Below are positions 58,958-64,000 of a stretch of 64,000 nt of DNA, piece by piece. The translations under genes and the position numbers were made by a program. The stretch comes from Phyllobates terribilis (taxonomy: Eukaryota), in contig NW_027362764.1 of NCBI RefSeq assembly GCF_046119375.1, positions 717,774,001 through 717,838,000 on the forward strand. The letters run 5' to 3'. Position 1 is the first letter of the stretch; every line of letters begins with the position of its first letter. The notes below the pieces were generated by a model. The model saw only the letters and a list, made by a program, of their open reading frames with translations, was not told the origin of the DNA and searched no databases.

Positions 58958-60384
58958 GTAAGCATGTCTCCTTTCTAACCTGTTCGGAGCCGGGGGTGCA
59001 GTGCGATGCAGGCTCCTCCTAATTGAGTGCCTTGTGATGTCTGCATCAACCCACCCTCACATATACATAGAAAGAAAAAAAAAGCCTCAATCTTTGGGCA
59101 GGTTCTATTCATATCTTCTTCCGAAATCATCACATCCTTTTTTTACGTGCAGATCTGTAACAGAATTTAAAAAATCCAAATTTCTAATTTGGGATATTTT
59201 GCAAAATAATAATAATAATAATAATAATTAATAATAAAAAACCCTTTGGATCAATAGCAGTCAGGCCCTGATATTATTCACCAGCTGGTTCCTTTTTTTT
59301 TTCATTGTCCATCTGATTTTAGAAGCCAGAATTTGTGTCTTTGGGTGTTTTTCTTAAAACAGATGACTCGGCAGCTAAGAGGTTAATGTGCGTCTATTTT
59401 ATCCGGTGGAGCGTAGAGAAAATCGTGTCTTTTTTTTTAAATTTTTTTTCTTATCCACCCCCAGATTTGTGTTTCCGTTTCTGTCGTGCTCTGTCAGTGT
59501 TATATATGGGGTAAGAGGGATGATGAATGGTGGGGGGGGGTTATATAAGCTATGTCATGAGATTGACTTGGCAGTCATTTATTTTAACCCTTTATTTGTA
59601 GTCTCTTTTTTTTTTAATCTAACATGGCTGCATACAGGTGCATAGCATTTTGCTCTGCTCCCTGCCTGCAGAGTATTGCTATATATCTAGCTTTCCTAAC
59701 AGGGGTGCAGCTTTTTTTTATTTTGGTGGGTGGGGGTTGGGTGCCGGTAAAACTATTTTACCATTTCAGTGTTGATTTTTTAATATAAATCCTGCATTAT
59801 CTCGTGCATCCAGTGCTGGGGCGGCCTATGTTGTATAGGCTTTTGGGTGGGTTATAACAGCTGCCATCTTTCTCTATAAACATATCTAAACTCCTTTTTC
59901 CCCTTTCCCCCCATGTTGCTCGAACTCTCAGATTAGGATGGAGAAGGATGCAGCATGCAAGAAGTGCCGGGAGACGTTACATGGTTGTGTAATGGCAGCG
60001 GGGCTGGTAGCAATGCAGTTCTCATTACATGGCTATGTGCTTGTGGGTTCAGCACCAGGTAGCTGTCCACAAGCAGCAGGGCCTGTCATCTGACTCACAG
60101 ATGCTGCTTCGCGGCTGCTCTGTGAATACTGAGCTGGCTGGATAGTCCACTAGCAAAACACACTGGAAGATATATCGTATTTTACCATTAAATTGCCCCT
60201 TAAACCGGCCAACAGTACACACTTTATACTTGCACAATATATATATAGATTGCAAAAATAACAAAAAATTCTTACAACTGTGCTGTTGTATGATAGCGAG
60301 ATCGTCAGCAAAATTCAGGCCAACAACAAGGCTGGGGCTACGCGGCGACATGCATCATGCAACGCTGAAATCGCAGCGACACAC

Positions 60385-60590
60385 TGCAACATTGGATGTA
60401 ATGATTTACTATGATGTCACATTGCGACATAGTGCGACAGTCATAGATATTTCCAACATTGGATGTAATGATTTACTATGGCGTCACGTTGCGACATACT
60501 GCGACAGTCATAGATATTTCCAACATTGGATGTAATGATTTACTATGGCGTCACGTTGCGACATACTGCGACAGTCGTAGATATTTCCAA
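60385..60590. repeat. ~3 copies of a 67-bp tandem repeat, probably inside a Harbinger-like MITE
   Basis: TTCCAACATTGGATGTAATGATTTACTATGG recurs at 60451 and 60518. Confidence 0.8.
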
Positions 60591-62071
60591 ATGCGCTGGA
60601 TTTTCTGTTGCTGGTTGCAAGTTGCACGCAACACATTTACCGTAGGCTTCGTGACATGCGACTTGCGTTCAACTTAATCTGCAACTTGTTTTATATGCAG
60701 CAAAATCAAAGCTCTGAAAAAGTTGCGTCGCAGAAAAGTTGAACAAATAATTTTGTTGCTCAACTTTTTGGAGACTGTAGTAGCCAGACTGTACGGCGAC
60801 ATGTATCACACGAGACCAAATCTCTGAAAAGTCGCAGAAAAAAATTATTTTTTCACCTTGACTGCGACTTTTCAGAGAATTGATGTCGCTCAATACAATG
60901 TCGCTGTTTAGCCAGACTGTAGTGCAGCACACACCGGCAGTCATAAAATAACCAGTGTCTAATTGCTCATGTTAATAAAGGATGTAACACCATAAACCGA
61001 AACGCGCATGTTAGGGAATGACCAGATATGCTGTTTCTTCAGGATGTCCAACTCTAAGGACGGCAATTATTATCATCGATACATGTTAAAATAATCAGGT
61101 GTTAATTCAGGCCAACAGTTAAAGGAGCGCTCCGGTTATTTTTTTAAAATTTCCACCTTGGATAGCAAACGTGTGAATGTGTAATGTGTGCAGTGATATG
61201 CTCACCAGTCACGGTCTTCTGCCATTTTCAGCCGGGCTCCGGTCCGCTCCAGCGTCACATTTGTAACCTGTCGAATCACAAAGTATCTTTTTTGTGGAAC
61301 GGAGGTCACTTTTCTCAATGTAAGTCTCATAGGCTATCATGGAAAAAGTACCTGCCAATCCACATAGAAGACGTTATGTGATATGGCAGGGTTACAAATG
61401 TGGCTGGGGCCCTGCTGAAAACGGCAGAAGACGGCGATCTGCCGGTCATTACACATATACACAATTACTAATAAAGTCCTCCTTTAAGCACGGCGGTCAT
61501 AAAATAACCAATGTCTAACCCCTCACGTTCAGATTTTATAGCCGAATTATGTAAAGCACCCCACGCACTTTAGGTAGCTGTCACTGAATGAATGTTTGAC
61601 CGGCAGCTATCTCGGCCATCTCTCCCAAACACAGGAGCGCTCACTCTGCTAATCCCGTGTTCTGTATGAGAGAGCCCCTGCCAGACATCTCTGGCGGCGG
61701 CTTATCACTTAGAGAATAGAAGGATTGTCAGTCCAATATGGCACATGCCAGATCCTTATCTCCCCGACATTATCGGACATACACATTAGACTGTCCACTG
61801 AACCTGTTGATATCAGCAGATTCAGCCGACATTAGTCTAATGTGTATGTGCGTCTTTAGGGAATTGCCATATATTCTTTTCCATTAGCACTGTGAAATTA
61901 CCCTTTAAAGATGGCAGTTTTTGTCATTGATATATGTGAACATGATAAGATCTAAATCTTTGTGTCTACGAGAAGCTTTCAAACTCTGAAAGTGATTGCA
62001 TGATAGGGGCATAAACTATAGGGGCTTTAGAGTATATACTGTATATGAGGCACGTCCATGAATTTGCTTAA

Positions 62072-62266
62072 GGACTCATTCAGATGGCCGTATAAATTTG
62101 ACCGAGATCGGAACGCAGTGCACGGACTGGCCGGCGGCTCTCCCGACCCAAGTGTGACAGATTCATACATTTCTATGCAGTGTTCACGCTCGGGTCGGGA
62201 CGGGAGAGCCGCTGGCCAGTCCGTGCACTGCGTTTCAATCTCAGTTCGATTTATACGGCCGTCTGA
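62072..62266. mobile_element. Palindromic MITE (Harbinger/Tourist-like), right end clipped
   Basis: TCAGATGGCCGTATAAAT...CAGTGCACGGACTGGCC / GGCCAGTCCGTGCACTG...ATTTATACGGCCGTCTGA. Confidence 0.75.
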
Positions 62267-62272
62267 CTGTGT

Positions 62273-62633
62273 CCCCATCTCCAAGATCCTTTCCCAATAT
62301 GTAGTAGGTGTAATAAGAAGAATATTAGAAAATACCTCCAATTAGAAATGTAGTATAGTTTTTCTGATTCGCTGTGTCTCTTTCCTCATGTGCAGGCATT
62401 GCAGGACCTTATGTATCCATGGTTACGACCACTAGCAACTAGCTAACTAACTGTCACTATATCAGTGGTCATAACCATGGATACCTAAGGTCCTACAATG
62501 CCCTGTACATGAGAAAAGAGACATAGCGAATCAGAAAAACTATACTACAATTCTAATTGGAGGTATTTGCTAATATTATTATTATTACACCTACTACATA
62601 TTGGGATAGGATCTTGGAGATGGGAATACCCCT
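62273..62633. mobile_element. Palindromic T2/Kolobok-like MITE, left terminus clipped
   Basis: CCCATCTCCAAGATCCT.TCCCAATATGTAGTAGGTGTAATAA mirrored by ...GGATCTTGGAGATGGGAATACCCC|TTTAA. Confidence 0.8.
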
Positions 62634-64000
62634 TTAATTAAAAGTTATCAATGATCAATTTGTGACTGGCTGATCATTGAGTGTCTGAGCACAGGGACCC
62701 CCACCGACCCCGTGTGCAGAGCCAAGTGCAGCATCGGCTTTTTCTAGCAGCCCCATGAAAAATGAATTGGGACAGTGGTGGTGCACATGTGGAGCTATCA
62801 CTCCATTCTGATGCCACATTTTAGCTCCCCAATCTTGGGATCTCTGGGGGTCCCAGCAGTCAGACCACTACCGATCATAAAGTTATGTGGAATTTTGGCT
62901 TCTCTCCACCCATGTTCCCATCACCTAGGGTACATGTCCACCCCACCCCTATTTATGCCCTTGTATAATGAATATGGATATGCACAAATTAATGTAAAAT
63001 CTGTCCTGGTCATGTGACGATCTCTAAGAAATAACTGAGAACCAAAGTGTAAGTGTCACGAGCTCTGCAGCCGTGTATCTGCCGCATGACCAGAATACAT
63101 TTTCAGCCTCTGCTCTAATTCACTAGCAGCAAGCAGAGAGCTTGGAAAAAGTCAGACATATTAGGCCTCATTTATTAAAATTGTGTATGTTGCCCATGGC
63201 AACCAATCAGAGTTCAGCTTTCATTTCATAAATTACTCTGGTAAGTTGAAAGCCGCACTGTGATTGGCTGCAATGAGCATCAAGAATAGTTGTTGTTTTT
63301 CTGACAGGTTTGATAAATCTGCCCACTATTATAAAATTGCATTTTTTATGTAAAAATCTTTCTAAAGCATCTTATGTTTTTCACTTTTATTCATCCTAGC
63401 CCTAAAAATGTAGAATATTTATGGCACTTCTATGACATTTCGTGCCCAATTCATTAAGACTTGTGCTAGTCTTAATTAAGACTCGCTGAGGTATGGTGTA
63501 CCAAATTAATTAAGAGGGTTACCCCTCTTAATAAATGGCACGCATCTTATTAGTGGCGTGGGTCTTGCCAGAAATGATACTCCGGTCAGGGATTCGAGTA
63601 GCATTTCTGGCGTAAGAAATGGCAGCACTTTTGCTGAATTTGACAGGCGGGCGTAGCCATACAACGTCTTGCCCTGGCTTCTCCCCAGCTCCGCCCATTT
63701 TAAAGTAGCATGAAAATTACAAAAGGCACAACATTTTTCACTTTTTTGGCGTAACAGTTCTGATGAATCGAATGCTGTGTCCCTGAGCTTTGATATTATG
63801 GACCATGGACATACAGAATGCTTGGACTTTACTTGTTTCTATTCGTGTGTCCAATCAACGTTTATTGGCAATGGCAATATTTTGCAAAATTAAAGGGGTT
63901 TTTTTTGCTTAGAAAATTCATTATCAAACACCCTATTAAAGGGGTATACCTAAGTCGGACATTTATGGCATATTCGTAGGAAAATAGAGGAGATCTAACT

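Overview
Vertebrate genomic DNA, most likely a frog (inferred from the repeat families; species not determinable). It holds the conserved SLC25A32-DCAF13-RIMS2 block. SLC25A32 exons 1-3 lie on the minus strand and continue off the left edge. DCAF13 is complete on the plus strand (11 coding exons, 1338 nt, 445 aa, one GC-AG intron) and is head-to-head with SLC25A32 across 255 bp. The first coding exon of RIMS2 is at 58794. The introns and the ~38 kb DCAF13-RIMS2 spacer are dense with transposons: a CR1 3' end, two tRNA-derived SINEs, nested Tc1/Tc1/hAT insertions, hAT-type MITEs carrying minisatellites, TTAA-flanked elements and foldback palindromes. There are also four LTR-type insertions: a young Tf1/sushi-type gag-protease element with a self-priming signature, a decayed Gmr1-like Gypsy (PR-IN-RT-RH order, SCAN-like Gag), a solo LTR, and a pol-less LTR element. 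The best novelty candidate is that pol-less element (42737-46213, minus strand). It has a tRNA-Ser primer-binding site, and its single gag-position ORF, now disrupted, ends in a cold-shock (Y-box/CspA-type) RNA-binding domain. All calls were made by eye without alignments or database searches, so family names come from recalled motifs and boundaries of decayed repeats are approximate. Most long ORFs in the supplied track are artefacts of tandem repeats.
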